NCBI GenBank assembly: GCA_023213395.1
Contig: CM041465.1
Span: forward strand, 246,519,741-246,583,740
Length of the DNA stretch: 64,000 bases
From: Cycas panzhihuaensis
Taxonomy: Eukaryota; Plantae; Cycadophyta
Direction of reading: 5' to 3'
The notes under the pieces are model-generated. The model ran no database searches. It was given only the letters and a program-made list of their open reading frames with translations, and was not told where the DNA came from. Both the position numbers and the translations under genes were made by a program. Of the stretch, positions 13,480 to 27,115 are shown in pieces. The first letter of the stretch is position 1, and each line of letters begins with the position of its first letter.

Positions 13480-15700
13480 CTCTAGATATGACCATCATTC
13501 CTCATAACTTGCCTAAATTTTATGGCAAAATTGATAAGGATCTTAAAAAGCATGTTGATGATTTCCTTAATATTATGTAAGTTTACCATGATATTGTGCA
13601 TATGTGACTTTTCTTGCATGTTATTTTAGGTGATAGTAATATATTATAACATGTTAGGGTCCTTCCCAATTTAATCACTAATAATAGAGAACTATTAAAA
13701 GCATTTATGGACCATTTTATTCTTCCTATAATAGAGTAGAGGTCAAAGGACTTAGGATATTATTAACTTCTAAATAATACTTCTGTCAAATAATTAATCA
13801 ACACATTAAAATTTTTTGTAAACTAATGACTTGTTGCACCATCCCTCTCAAAGATATTATTGTAAAATAACAGTTTCTAAATAGTCTTTCTAATGTGGTT
13901 TACATTAAACTTTTATGACAAAACCCTCATATATATGTTGCAGTTGAATAGATTGCTTAACAGCATAAACATGCTTTGATCTAATTAGGCTTTATAATTA
14001 TTTCCTAGGTCATCCCCATCTAGGCAATTTGACCTAATGATCCATATGGTGATGATGTCATCAGTGACAATACACATCTAGCATTGCCTTATCAACCTAT
14101 TTTTCAAGAAACTCCTCTGAATCAAGCCATCCTCATTATTACCAAAACTAGTTGCTTCAGTTATCTAACTAATGTAACTTATTCAAGATTTAGTAATTTA
14201 AATTTAAAAGAAAAAACCTTAGAATACTCTCGTTTAAGATATCCATTGACATCCTCCTCTAAAGAATCAACCTAGTTAAAACAGAAGGCAAAGAAACCTT
14301 CCTTAACAAAACCAACAAGAAATGAATAATCCCCATGTCACACCACAAAATAGATGGTCTTAATAATGGAATGCTCCTTTATATTATAATAGGTATAATA
14401 AATCTAATCATCATAAAAGTATTTGTTGAGAGCAACCTTAGTATTATGACTATCAATTTCCAAAAGAATAAACAAATAGATAGTGTCCTCATTTCACTCA
14501 AACTCCATTAAATCAATGCATTAATCTAAACTAAGAGTTAGGTATTTACATAAACCTATTGCTAGTTAATAATGAATGGCTACTGCATTTAACTCATGCA
14601 TCAATTCCTAGTTCATTAGACTGTTATATGAAATTTCTGGCTTAGATCAAAAACCTATAAAAGTAGTTGAGTATTTTACAAGCTAGATATTGATCTTTAA
14701 ACAAGCATTTGCATTGATTAGATCAAAATTATCCTCACTTGCTATAAATACATATGCTCCATATTTTATTCTACTCATATCCTCCATTAACCTAATACAC
14801 ATTTTGTGTCCTCGCCTTTCTCAGGCATTTAAAATTTTGAACTTAATGAATTTAATAAGTTTGTTAAGAAGAACCATATGCCATAGATCCATATAATTGA
14901 ACCTAATTATATGAATCTTTTAATATTTTCATAGAATAAACCCATTCTCAAGCTACCAAATAAAAAACTCACTCTGATAATAATATGAAAGAAGATAAAC
15001 AAACTTATATAGTCTTTAATCCCTATACTTCTAAGGTTCTTATGCCCCTTATTCTTACCATTAGGAATAAAGCTTTGTCTTATTGCTCATTGATTAACGA
15101 TTTAAAGAAAATTTCATTAGGGATGTCACTTTATGATGTATCAGATATTGCCCATCACAAAGGACCAATTTTATTTAATATTTAGGAATTCATTCATTTG
15201 AATCTTGATCTCAGGTTTTATCTCAATCTTTCATCTCTTCTTTTAGATGTCACTTCATTACCTAGACTTGGACCATTAATAGTTCAACTTATCATCAATA
15301 AAACCCTAATATATCAAGCAATCATCAATTATGGTTCATCACTCAATGTAATGCTTATTTTGCCTATTCTTTCTAACTTAGAAAGTTAGATAAAATTTCC
15401 ATGTTTATTAAGGTATTCAATATGATTAAACACATTTTTATGGGTAGGATTTGCACTATTAGCATCACTTTTGAGGGAAAACTACTGATATTGATGTTGA
15501 AGTTATATATCTTCCATTAGATTACAATATTCTTTTGGGTCAAATGTGGATTCATTCTATGTTAGTTGTTCTATCATCTTTGCTTGGAAACAATTAATTT
15601 CTAGATAGTGATCAAGGCAAAGTCATTAAACTATCATAATTTAATCCAAAACCAAATGATGAAATGTTGGAATTACAAATTATTTCATTCCTTAAAATTG
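13480..15700 (+). pseudogene. gag: Element J: non-chromovirus (Athila/Tat-group) gypsy gag and protease remnant, truncated before RT
   Basis: IPHNLPKFYGKIDKDLKKHVDDFLNI..YHDIVHM*LFL (Retrotrans_gag-like, ~13495-13640). Protease-like AIINYGSSLNVM (~15320) and PLDYNILLGQMWIHSM (~15515-15560). Confidence 0.8.
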
Positions 15701-16062
15701 AACATTAATAATACTTGAAAGATATAAGACTTAGAATGTATAGACTTGTGCCTCTTAAGGGAGTATAGGTACATTTGTCACCTTAACATTAAGTTTTTAC
15801 AATTGAAACAAACATAATATACTCTCTTGATATCTTTTAAGATGATGAAGCCATCCTCAATTTTTTATATAGTAATTATTCACCATGGGATGATTTTTGC
15901 AACAAATATGGTCTTTCATTCTTCCTCTCTTTTGAAAGTTTTTATTCAAATTCCCCTAAAGAAGAATTTAACATCTTTAGTCTTAATCAAATCTTATAAG
16001 TCATTTCTACTTATTGGGTCATTATGTATTATGTTATGGGAAGTCAAGGACACAAATATGGG

Positions 16063-16439
16063 TTTGTAATTGGGGCACCATAAGTAAGAGATCTTCACAA
16101 AAACATAAAATAATGATGACAGGTAGGCACCTCAAGGGATAAAGGATATAGAGAAGTACTGCATTAGAGGTTAATCAAAAAATGACACTCCTACATAATA
16201 CATAAGCCATGAAGTTGAAGTTAATCAAAAAATGACACTCCTACATTATACCTAACCATGAAATTGAATTGTGTCCTTATTGTTGTATGCCTAAGTTGAT
16301 ACAATTTCTTAGAGTGTCATTTTTTTATTAACCTCTAATGCAGTACTTCTCTATATCCTTTATCTCTTGAGGTGCCTACCCATCATCATTATTTTATGCT
16401 TTTGTGAAGACCTCTTACTTATGGTGCCCCAATTACAAA
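16063..16439. repeat. Foldback: 128-bp inverted arms (16063-16190 and 16312-16439) with an internal 50-bp tandem duplication (16170-16268)
   Basis: The arms are reverse complements with only a handful of mismatches (TTTGTAATTGGGGCACCATAAG... / ...CTTATGGTGCCCCAATTACAAA). Confidence 0.95.
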
Positions 16440-16459
16440 ATGCATAAATACAAAATAAT

Positions 16460-19400
16460 ATAGCAACTACGTAGACATAAAGGAATATCTCTCATTCCTA
16501 GCCACTTCCGTTAGAATTATATTTATGAATGGAATACAAAATAGATCTTTGAGGATCACCACATTTAACTTACAAAATCCATGCGTATTCTAAATTTAGT
16601 ATTCTTCTTTAGTGTAATTACAATTGGAGAGCTCCAATCACTTGTTTTGACCTTAAAAATAATTCCCATATAAGCATATTCTATATTCCGATTTCTATTT
16701 GTTCTATATATTTTGGGTTTACATGGTAATGTCTATGCTTCATAACCTTAATATCTAGAGTTAACTTAATTCTATATTCATATAGTTCTAATAGTACACC
16801 TTTCAAGTCTTTATAAGCCCATATAAATACATCCCCATATTTATGAAAAATACTTAGAAATTTAACTAGCATTAAATATTATCCTTTTCCCATCCCAATT
16901 GTTAGGATTGTTCCTTTATGCATAAGTTTATCACTTCTTAGAGAGATTCTTTATATGCAATCTATATATCCTCAAAATAATATGTTGGCTTAGTACTTAC
17001 TTATTGATCACCTATATTTAATTGAGAAATTTAACTTGGATAGTCTTCTCAATATTCTATATTGTATGTAGTTGTGTTTAGATTCCTTTTATAAGTTTCT
17101 CCTTGAGGTGCTAGTTTTACATCATGATAATGCAAATAATTCCTAATGTTATCGTTGCCAATGTAACAATCCATTATCAAACCCTATCTCATCTTTAAAA
17201 CAAGGATCCAAATACAAAATGCCCTCATAGGATTCATATATATTATCATTATCAAATAATACATGTTGTGGATGATGTACATTTGATAAGGGTGTTTGAT
17301 CTATTTTTTTATTTACATTTGATTATGTATCATTGTTTGTCTCAATGTTTGATGAGTAGGAATCAATGATGTCTGCACTTATCGAATGATGATTTAGATT
17401 TATGAATAACTTCTTCTGATTTTACTTCATAATTTGTGTTTTACATCCCTAATCTTTAATAACTCTCATGCTCCTCAACCATGGTAATCCAAGTAAAGTA
17501 TCACATGATGGTGGCATTACTACTATCATAAAAATGATTATAAAATCTATTATAAACACATGATTTGTGATTTAAATTTGTTATGTCATCAACATCCTTA
17601 AAGGTTCTACTCTATGTTGCTCTATGAATGCTAATAAAAAATATAGTAACCATAGCATTGGTTTCCCCATCTTTCTCCATGTGACTTTTGGTATAATATT
17701 GACTCCTACTCCCTTATTTACCATTGTATATTTTAATGTTTATCCTAATATTTGAATAGCTAGATCTATATCTTGATCTATACTTACTACTTACACATGT
17801 CAAAAATTCATTATGTTGTCCATACATAGATTACTTATGACTAGTTTATTTGTATAAAATTCATTTACTCTTATTGTTGGTAATTATAATTATTTCATAG
17901 CTTTGATCATTTTGTGTGCATAGTGACCATGGTCTGTGTGATAATTGGCTCATATATTCATAATAATACAAGCTTTACCTAGATCTGTACATGTAGTAAT
18001 TACTCTATTAGTGTATGAGATTGATATATTCCTTATGATACTTGTCTAAATTATGCTTAGGTAGCTAGTAGTGAGATTCCTTCATGGTTTGTTTATGATT
18101 ATGATTGAGGGTTCATTTGTGACTAAGGTTGTAATGTTTTGATTGTATCTTTTGCCTCTTGAATATGAATCTTTTCTTCTCTAGGCTTTGAATATTCTTA
18201 TTTTTCATTTCTCCTTGTATACACAACATATGTTGGTATGGATTCATAATTGAAATTTTCTATTAGTTGGGTTGTAACCAAATTTACTACCTTAACCTTA
18301 TTATGGGTAGGGATCATCATCATGATCCCTTATATCACACCATTATCATAAGGCTATAGAGTTATCTTTCATCCTTTATAAACAATCTTGGCTAAAATGA
18401 TCCTATACTTTACGTTTGAAATAATGAAAAATTGGCCTTCTTAAGGAATCCCTTAGGATTCGATTCCAATTTCATGATTCCATCCTCAAAATTCTCATCC
18501 CATAGGTCTATTTGGTCTTACCTTATTAAGAATACATCTTAATCTTTCCTTCTTCTAACCCAACAATTGAACCTATATTTATTTCTGTTATGGTTATTCA
18601 TCCTATATATATGGTAGTATTTGAGCACCTATTAATTTAGGCATTTAACCTTTGTGTGGCCTTCCATATTATATTTGATGCACCATACTTGATGTCGTTC
18701 AATCCATCATCATACATGTAAGATGCTCTTATAATACATTAATGGAAAGATTCAATTATGTTGTTATGTATAAGTCAGTTCTACTTATTAGGTCATTATG
18801 TATTGATGGGGATATGATATCAACTACATGTAATTTGATTACATGTGATATGGAATCTATTATACTATTTGATATTAATGTGTTGATTATCTAATAGGTT
18901 TCTTGTGGTATCTCCCAAAGTAGATTTGACTATGATCATAGCTGATGATTTGGTCATCAACTGTTAAATGGCATGCTCTTATAGCTTTAGGAGGAAAGGG
19001 GGAAACATCTATGGCTCTAATTTAAATACTTTAAGGCCTACAAATGAGATTATAAATCTATACAAGACAGTGAAGTGGGACTTAGATGATAAGGTAGATG
19101 GAGATAGTGGGCATGGTATTAATGATGATGGAAGAGCTAGACATGGAGTAGTGTTAAAGAGTATTGAAGATGGTAATTGAGTTGCTTTTAAGAGTTTTAG
19201 TAATGATGGTAAGACTTGTTTCCTATTAATTTTATTTTTATACTTAGATTTTTTTAATATAATATTAATTAATAATTATTTTTTATGATGCAGATACAGA
19301 TATGATTGAGGGTGGTATAGTCAGATAAGCATTAGATGCTTTGTTTCCCTATATTTACTGAGATGGAGTAGAGAAGATTCCATATATAAAGGAGCCACAC

Positions 19401-19548
19401 ATAGTTGATCCTCATACCAAACATTTCATTTTAGCAATGATGATATAAGATATGCATGCTCAAATATAAATGGAGCTTATTCCTCTCGAAGAGAGGTCAT
19501 GGAACATGAAAATTATACAAAAGTTAGCTAAGGTGTCTTAATAAATTA
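16460..19548 (-). mobile_element. Element I: non-chromovirus gypsy remnant (gag, protease, start of RT), interrupted by D; probably continues at 25737-~25980
   Basis: ORF 16681-16872 has KYGDVFIWAYKDLKGV..YRIKL..RHYHVNPKY. RT start SDWSSPIVITLKKN at ~16600-16645. Protease GVGVNII / CDTLLGLPWL at ~17475-17720. Confidence 0.8.
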
Positions 19549-19903
19549 TGTTAATGTAGAAATTGATTGTTAAGTCACTATATTAATGTTAATGCAGTTT
19601 AACTAAGGTGATTAAGCGAAAAGGTGCAACTTATTCAGAGGTTCACAACCCTAATCAGGTAACACCTCTTGGAAGAGCATAAAAGCCTTAAGGTCTTGTG
19701 TATTCAATGTATCAAATCAATTATGTAATAATAAATATGATCCAGGAGGATCTTTTGTGGTGGATTTTTTCCTAAAAGGGTTTCCCCACATAAATCTTAT
19801 ATATTATGCATCTGTATTCTATGTGTATTTATGTTTGCTTGCTATGTATGGTTAAAGATTTTGCAAATAGGAACATACTTATGTATTTTCATATTCCAAA
19901 ACA
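19549..19903 (+). repeat. 5' LTR of D
   Basis: TGTTAATG...CCAAAACA; aligns end to end with 25382-25736. Confidence 0.95.
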
Positions 19904-21452
19904 TGGTACCAGAGCTGTAGGGTCCTACACAGCTAAAGCCTAACGTTGAGCAGAGTAATGAGATCGTTGGTTATCAAGTGAAGCCATCAAACCTAGGATT
20001 TATCCTAAGGGTCCATCATCTCTAGCAATGTGTAGAAGTAGGCACAACAAATTAGTGGTGGTTGAAGCAATGAAAATCATTATTCAACAGAGTATAAAGA
20101 TTTATTAGAGTTAATAATCAAGCATGAAGGCTATAATTATGGTTTGAGTTGGCTCATTAGGGGCCATTTAAAGCGGGTTGATGATTTGTAAAGGTTATTT
20201 AAGCTAATGAAGTACATACTAATGGTGATTCAGTGACTATGAGGATAGCCATCTATGTACACAAGTAAGCCAGTTATTTATCCATCCAAAACACTATAAA
20301 ATTTAAAAGGAAGTAAGCTTTTTCTAATATTACTTTTATCTAGTATGTATAAGAGAGAGAATAGAGCCTATTTAGAATTTTTTCAGCCCTCTATACTGAG
20401 ATTAGCTTAAGTATATAGCAATATAAAGTATCATCCATTGTATTTTTGAGTTGTAATGTCTTTTATTTGGGAGTGTGACCTCATATCTCTATTGTATGTA
20501 CACTTTTGAGACTGCATCTTTGTGTTAAGAGGTAATTGGTTTGTTTATGTACTGTTTTGGAGACTCATGTACATGAATTGAGCATAGTACAATTGTATTA
20601 AGGCTAATCGTGTGCTTACTATGGTTGTTGCACACTATTTGAGGTCGGTTGGGCATTTATACACATTGGTTGGGTAGTATTTATACTATCTTATCTCCCT
20701 CAAGTGCTGAATGGGCACTTATATATGCTGGCTAAGCATATTTAAAGGGTGTTGGACTATGTTTGGGTTATATACTAGGCATATGAGTGACTGAAAACCC
20801 ATTTTATCCATCATTGGTATGCCCATAAATGATGTTGACCATGGTTGTTGCATTTGTATTATCACCTATGAGAGAAACAACGTGATATCAAAAGTCATAT
20901 TTAGTTATTATTTAATATCACTTACCTTGATTAAACCTTAGTATGTGTTGAAATATGATTTTTAATATGTGTGTTTAATTATTAGAGCTGCTTGTTAAGC
21001 AAAAAGTCATCTTTTTGGGAATATGCCTTTTGGCATATTCCCCTTAATGAAACTTTATAAAAAGTGACTCTTATGCCATTGATCTATCATTTTATTGTAT
21101 AATGTCTTGTATTTTGAGCATCCATGAGTTATTTTGGGAGCAGATCAAGGAGAATTTATGTGGTTTTAACTTAGAGACCATGTATTACTACCATGTGGAG
21201 TCATCCTTTGTTCATGGAGAACCATTTTAAGTGCCTTAAGGGTCATTTTTGACACTTTTTAAGGTTATTTAAGGGCATTTGATGGACATTTGTGAGGGAA
21301 AATAGTTGGTGACTCACTTAACACATGTATAATCATTATTTAGTTCCCTTTAGAGTGGGTCCTTGTGCTAGAGGAGGATACATGGGTGCATTTTTATCCT
21401 AAAAATTTTTATTTTGGTGTTATTTAATGTATATTAAAGCTCGTTTCTCAAT

Positions 21453-24400
21453 ATGGAGTGTCTTATGCCCAAGGTTATCTTCAATGGTAATAATTTCAGT
21501 GAGTGAAAGGCCAATATGGAGCTCATTTTAATGGTGAATCAACTATGCGGTATTACTAAGGCTAAGGTGGACGCGATTCCACTAGAGCATAAAGAGTGTG
21601 TTTACCTTAAAGAGAAGAAATTTATGGCTATGGGACTATTAAAACTATCACTAGCACTAGACCAGAGAGCCTTGGTTCACAAACTAAATGAATCATATAA
21701 AATATAGACAAAAAAGTGTGATACCTTTAAGAAGAAGAAGAAGAATAGGTATTTTGCCCTAATGTTAGAGTTGTTCAATTCATGTGTGGGAGATAAGAAT
21801 AACATCAGCTCCTACCTTAATAAGACTACAGACTTGAAGAACAAGCTAGAAGAACTGAAGTAGAACTCAATTGATGATGCCTTATTATTCAAAATAATCA
21901 TGTCAAAGTTGCTAGTTGTATTTGCCACTTTCTAGACCATTTATGGTAGAGATGAGGTGATGGAGTTAGAAATATAAAAACCTAATTCTAGCAAAGTATG
22001 CCAAGCTTAAACATCACAAAATGCTTAGAGGTTCTAATTTAAGTCAAGCCCTAGCCATGAAGACTCAGAGGAAGGAGGCCACTAAGGAGGAGAAGATCAT
22101 ACAGAGGTCAAGAGAAAGTTTACAAGATAAGAAGAAGTTAAATGAAAAATGAAATTACTGCAAAAAGGGTGGTCACCGAGAGAAGAATTATTGGTTCAAA
22201 AGATATGACAAGTACAAAGTTAACTAGGAAGATAAAGGGAAGAGTGTTGCTACTCACTACGTCAGAGTATAAACCTTATCAACCGAGCCAAATCAGAGAG
22301 ATTATTAGGTGCTTAACTTTGGAGTGTAGAAGCACATCTCCTACTAGAAGTATAACTTTAGTACGATGAATGAAAATCAATAGTACAAAGATTGTCCTTA
22401 GAGATGCTCATATTTTATTAGTGGAAGGTATCGACAAAATATCCATTGTAGGAGGTAAGTTTATTAGGGTATACTATGTACCCAAGATGCAGTTAAACCT
22501 TCTTTTAGCCTAAGAAATCCACAAATAAGTCATGAAGGTAGAGCTTTATAATGATAAATGCCTAATTAAGGATCCGAAGTAGAACTTTGATGTCATTGCT
22601 ACTGGGAAAGTTAAGGACAACTTCTAGGTATTTAAGAAATTCCAATCTTAGAAGAAGTCTTATGCCTTTGTTGCCAGCACTTATGACGTGAGTAAACTTT
22701 AGTACAATCACCTAGGACACCTTAACTATAAGAGTATTGCACTACTGAAAAGGTTAAAGATGGTGGAAGGATCTCCATTAATTTCCTACTCAGATGGTAT
22801 TTGTGAGGGGTGTAAGCATCACTGCTAACCCTTTTGCTCAGGAGAATGCTTGGAGAGCCAAGGAGAAGTTAGAGCTTATACATTCGGATATAATGGGTCT
22901 CCTCCCAAACCCTTTGATATCAAGAGCTCGTTATACCCTTGTGTTTATAGATGATTATATTAGGAAGGCCTAGGTTTGCTTTCTCAGAAATAAGTCAGAT
23001 ATATTTAATCACTTCTAACACTAGAAAGTGATGGTTAAAAATGAAAGTGACGAAAAGATGAAGTCATTAAGGAGTGATAATAACAAGAAATATGACAACC
23101 ATATGTTTAATTAGTTCTGCCATAATCATAGTATAAAGCAGAAATTTATAGTCCCATATACCCCATAACAGAGTAGAGTTATTGAACAAAAGAATCATAC
23201 CATGATAGAGATAGCAAGGTATATGGTACACATAAAAAACCTACCACCTGTGTTTTAGGTAGAGGTTGTGGTGATTGTTGTTTATATCTTAAACTAGGTA
23301 CCCACTTAGGCAATTCGCAACATGACCCCTAAAGAGAAATAGACCAGTTAAAAGCCTATCATTAGCCATTTAAGAACCTTTGGTTGTATTACATATGCCC
23401 ACATCCCAGATTATACTTGCAAGAAGTCAGATTGAAAGAGTTTAAAGTGCATATTCATGGGGTAATGTAATGAGAATAAAGCCTATAGACTATGGGATCC
23501 ATAGGGGAAGAAGATTGTGGTTAGTTAGGGTATAAAATTCAATGAGTTATTAATGTATCATACTAAAATATCATTAGAGGAGCCTTTTTACCCCCCACTT
23601 CTCCCATTCCTAAATTCATCAAGTGAAGAGGTCGATGAGCCAATCATTGGAACACCTAAGGAAGTAGGACCAAGTAGGATACATAATAGTGAGGAGCCAC
23701 TGTGAGAAGAAGTACCTCCAATAATGGGTCCTTCTATACCTTTATGGGCAAGGAAGACTATCAAAGATTCTAGTGTGGCAATGTAAACCCCAACTGATAA
23801 TAGAAGAACAAGAAGCCAGCATGCCAGTCGAACTCTGTTGTTAGACACCAACAACTCTAGTGATCTTGATTCATTTGATGAGGTGAAAGGAGATCCATAT
23901 TAGAGAGTTACGATGGAGGAGGAGTATGGTTTACTGATAAAGAATGATATGTGGGATTTGATTCCACTCCCTTCCACATATAACCCTATTCAATGCAAGT
24001 GGGTCTATAAGACGAAGTTATACTCTGATAGAGAGGTGGATAAGTATAAGGTCAAACTTGTCACTCAAGGATTCAAGAAAAAAGAAGGAATTTACTATGA
24101 AGAGACATTTACACCAGTCTCTAGATTGACAATAATCTGCTTGCTCATTTCCTTAGCAGTTACTTATAGTTGGGAGTTATACCAGATGGACGTCAAGTCT
24201 GCATTCCTTAATGAAGATCTAAAGGAGGAGATTTATATATTAGAGCCTCTAGGATTTGTTAAGGATGGCCAGGGGCATCTTATTTTCCAATTAAAGAAAT
24301 CAATCTATGACCTAAAATAAGCACCCCCTACTTGGTATGACAAGATAGATGCTAAGTTGAAAGCTAAAGTTGGTAAGACTATAGCAGAAGTTTAGCCCAA

Positions 24401-25290
24401 TTTGGGAGCTTCATTTGACATGATAGACCTTGGGAGACTTGACTATTTCTTGGGCATTTAAATTAGATAGATGAATGATAAAATTGTGTTATTGCAGTCA
24501 CAGTATGTGAAGAGCTTATTGGATAAGTTTAGGATGTAGAATTATAGAGCTATTACAACACCATGTGTAAAGGGTGTAAGCTTACAAAAGGATATGGCCA
24601 AACCCTCTATAGACAAAATAAAGTATTACCAGTTGGTAGGGAGTCTGATCTACTTGACTCATACTAGGACAGATATTACATACACTGTTGGATTGGTTTC
24701 TCACTATATGTAGAATCCTTATGAGTCTCATTTGGTTACAGTAAAGCAAATTCTAAAATATTTGAAGGGGACAATCAATCTTGGTCTAGAATATGGTCTA
24801 GGTGAAGAGATAAGGTTGCATGGCTACACGAATGCTAATTAGGGAGGAGACTCTGATAATTAAAAGTCCACTATTGGATACATGTTTAGCATTGGTTATG
24901 GATTTATTTTATGGCAATTGAAGAAGTAGTAGACAATGGTACTATCTTTTATAAAGGTTAAATATCAAGGACTCAATGTTGATGCAAAGAAAGTGGTATG
25001 GTTACAAGGTCTCTTAGAGTTTCTAATGGACATCTGGTTATCTTTATTGATAATCAGAGTACTGCTCACCTATTAAAGAATCTAGAGTTCCATGTATATA
25101 TGAAACATGTCAAGATTCGGCACCACTACATTCGTGAATAGATCAAGTCAAGGAAGTTATAGGTCGATTATCGTCCGAGTGAATTCTAGCTTACATACAT
25201 ATTCACCAAGCCACTAACTAAAGATCATCTCATAAAGATGCGTACTAGACTAGGACTTGCCAATGTTATCCTTGAGGGGGGATGTATCAA
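21453..25290 (+). pseudogene. pol: gag-pol pseudogene of D
   Basis: FNGNNFSE*KANMEL (gag), FIDDYIRKA*VCFLRNKSD (INT), RT ORF 23913-24320 (CKWVYKTK..YQMDVKSAFLN), and RH MKHVKIRHHYIRE. Stops sit at former TGG/CAA/CAG codons. Confidence 0.93.
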
Positions 25291-25381
25291 CAAGGATAAA
25301 GAAGCTGCAAGATAGTCCTAGCCTTTGTGATAACATAACTGTTGCAATTAGCAAGATCCCCACATTCTCATTACGGGGGGA

Positions 25382-25736
25382 TATTAACATGGCAGTTGAT
25401 TGTTAAGCTACTATGTTAATGTTAATGTGGTTTAGCTAAGGTGATTAAGCAGAAAGGTGTGACTTATTCAGAGGATCACAACCCTAATCGAGTGACACCT
25501 CTTAGAAGAGCATAAAAGCCTTAAGGCCTTGTGTATTTAATGTATCAAATTAATTATACAATAATAAATGTGATCTAGAAGGATCTTTTGTGGTGGGTTT
25601 TTTCTCGATAGGGTTTTCCCATGTAAATTATGTGTATTGTGCATCTGTATTTTATGTGTATTTATATTTGCTTGTTGTGTATGGTTAAATATTCTACAGA
25701 TGGGAACATACCTGTGTGTTTTCATGTTCCTAAACA
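25382..25736 (+). repeat. 3' LTR of D
   Basis: TATTAACA...CCTAAACA, after the PPT. Confidence 0.95.
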
Positions 25737-26070
25737 ATTTATTAAAGAGAGGAGGCTACATTTCATAGAGTTACAATAGTAGGTACAAAGACTCTCTAAT
25801 AATTAGTAAAGCTAAGAGTTACTCAGAGTGATTCTAGTAGTGTTCATGGTGTACATTGGGATAAAGCTAAGAGTGTTGAGAGGGGACGAGATGGACCTAG
25901 TCCATGAACATGAAGGTATATATATATTAACTCTTATGAGTGTTTTGATATACATGCTCATGGAAGTATAGGGTCATCAATACGATATACTTATTTGATT
26001 GTTGATATCTATACAAATGATTTTGTGGTTTGATGATTTCATATTTCTATACACATGAGCTAATAAATCA

Positions 26071-26077
26071 TATATAT

Positions 26078-26121
<44 letters not shown>

Positions 26122-26149
26122 TTATTTATATTTATATTTATATATATAT

Positions 26150-26193
<44 letters not shown>

Positions 26194-26239
26194 TTATTTA
26201 TATTTATATTTATATATGATGATGATGATAATGATGATG
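26071..26239. repeat. Compound (TA)n microsatellite with a perfect 72-bp tandem duplication, followed by (GAT)n
   Basis: 26071-26142 equals 26143-26214 by direct reading. Confidence 0.9.
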
Positions 26240-27115
26240 TTTCATATACAATCATGATTTATATACAAGATGTACTATATTTTGGTTTTTGTTTAAAATA
26301 ATTTAAACTTATGTAGAAGTAATAATAACTTACCATAGTTTATGCTCTTCAGTAATTAAATTTTCAGAGTGTAGTTTATTCTCTTTGTAAAGAAATAACT
26401 AAGTGTAGTACTTTCATTAAAATTATAAATTGAATGGATTGTCAAACCTAAGACCATCCAAAGTGGTAAGTATATAAGTGCCATTTTTTGGATCTTTAAG
26501 AATGACAAAGGGGCCAAGCTGTTTGGGTTTAAACTCTTAGAGTTTATCATGAAGGTATTCAAGTTTGAGGTCTTTATCTCTTAGAACAAATATTCTAGGA
26601 TGAAGCTTATCATCATAATTGAGTTAATTTTTTAATTTATTGGTAAGATTTTTTTGATGGGCATTAAGTCTAGTCTCATCTATATGTTTAATTTCTAAGA
26701 GCCTAACTTAGTAAATCCACTCTTTATCCATGAATTCCTTTAACAATATATGTAAAGAAAGGATTTCAACATCCAATAGAGAGACTTCTATATCCTAAAC
26801 AAGGGAAAAGTAGTCATACTAGTGGAAGTCTTAATTGATATTCCATAGACTCAAAGCACTAGATACAATTATATGTACCAATCACATTAGACACTATCTT
26901 GGTAAGAATATTGACTAGAATCTTATTGAAAGCTTCAACTTCATCATTTGATTTTAGATAGAAAGGGGATGAAGTCTTATTCATAATATAAAACTTGTCA
27001 TATAATTCACCCATGTCTTTATTTCTAAAAGAGGTTTTGTTATCAGTAATAATCATATCATGAATGCTCAAATGATAATGATATAATTGAAGATGAAAGT
27101 ATTAATCACTTTGTC

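Larger units (their letters stand above)
19549..25736 (+). mobile_element. Element D: full-length decayed Ty1/copia retrotransposon
   Basis: Two 355-bp LTRs, PBS TGGTACCAGAGC (19904-19915), PPT GGGGGGA (25375-25381), TSD AATTA/ATTTA (1 mismatch), and gag-PR-INT-RT-RH order. Confidence 0.95.

Noticed and set aside
16170-16268. CRISPR-like repeats (also 58823-58885 and 53230-53312)
   Set aside because: Only two or three adjacent copies, no unique spacers, no cas genes, and a eukaryotic TE context.
16063-16439. MITE or pre-miRNA
   Set aside because: There is no TSD or known TIR signature, and the associated templated fragments point to a repair scar. No expression evidence is available.
23588-23854. 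Antisense ORFs over pol/gag (also 30134-30526, 48801-49112, 61859-62074)
   Set aside because: These are shadow frames opposite retroelement coding sequence, with no independent motifs.
25977-26257. Overlapping ORFs rich in IYIYIY
   Set aside because: They are translations of the (TA)n microsatellite.
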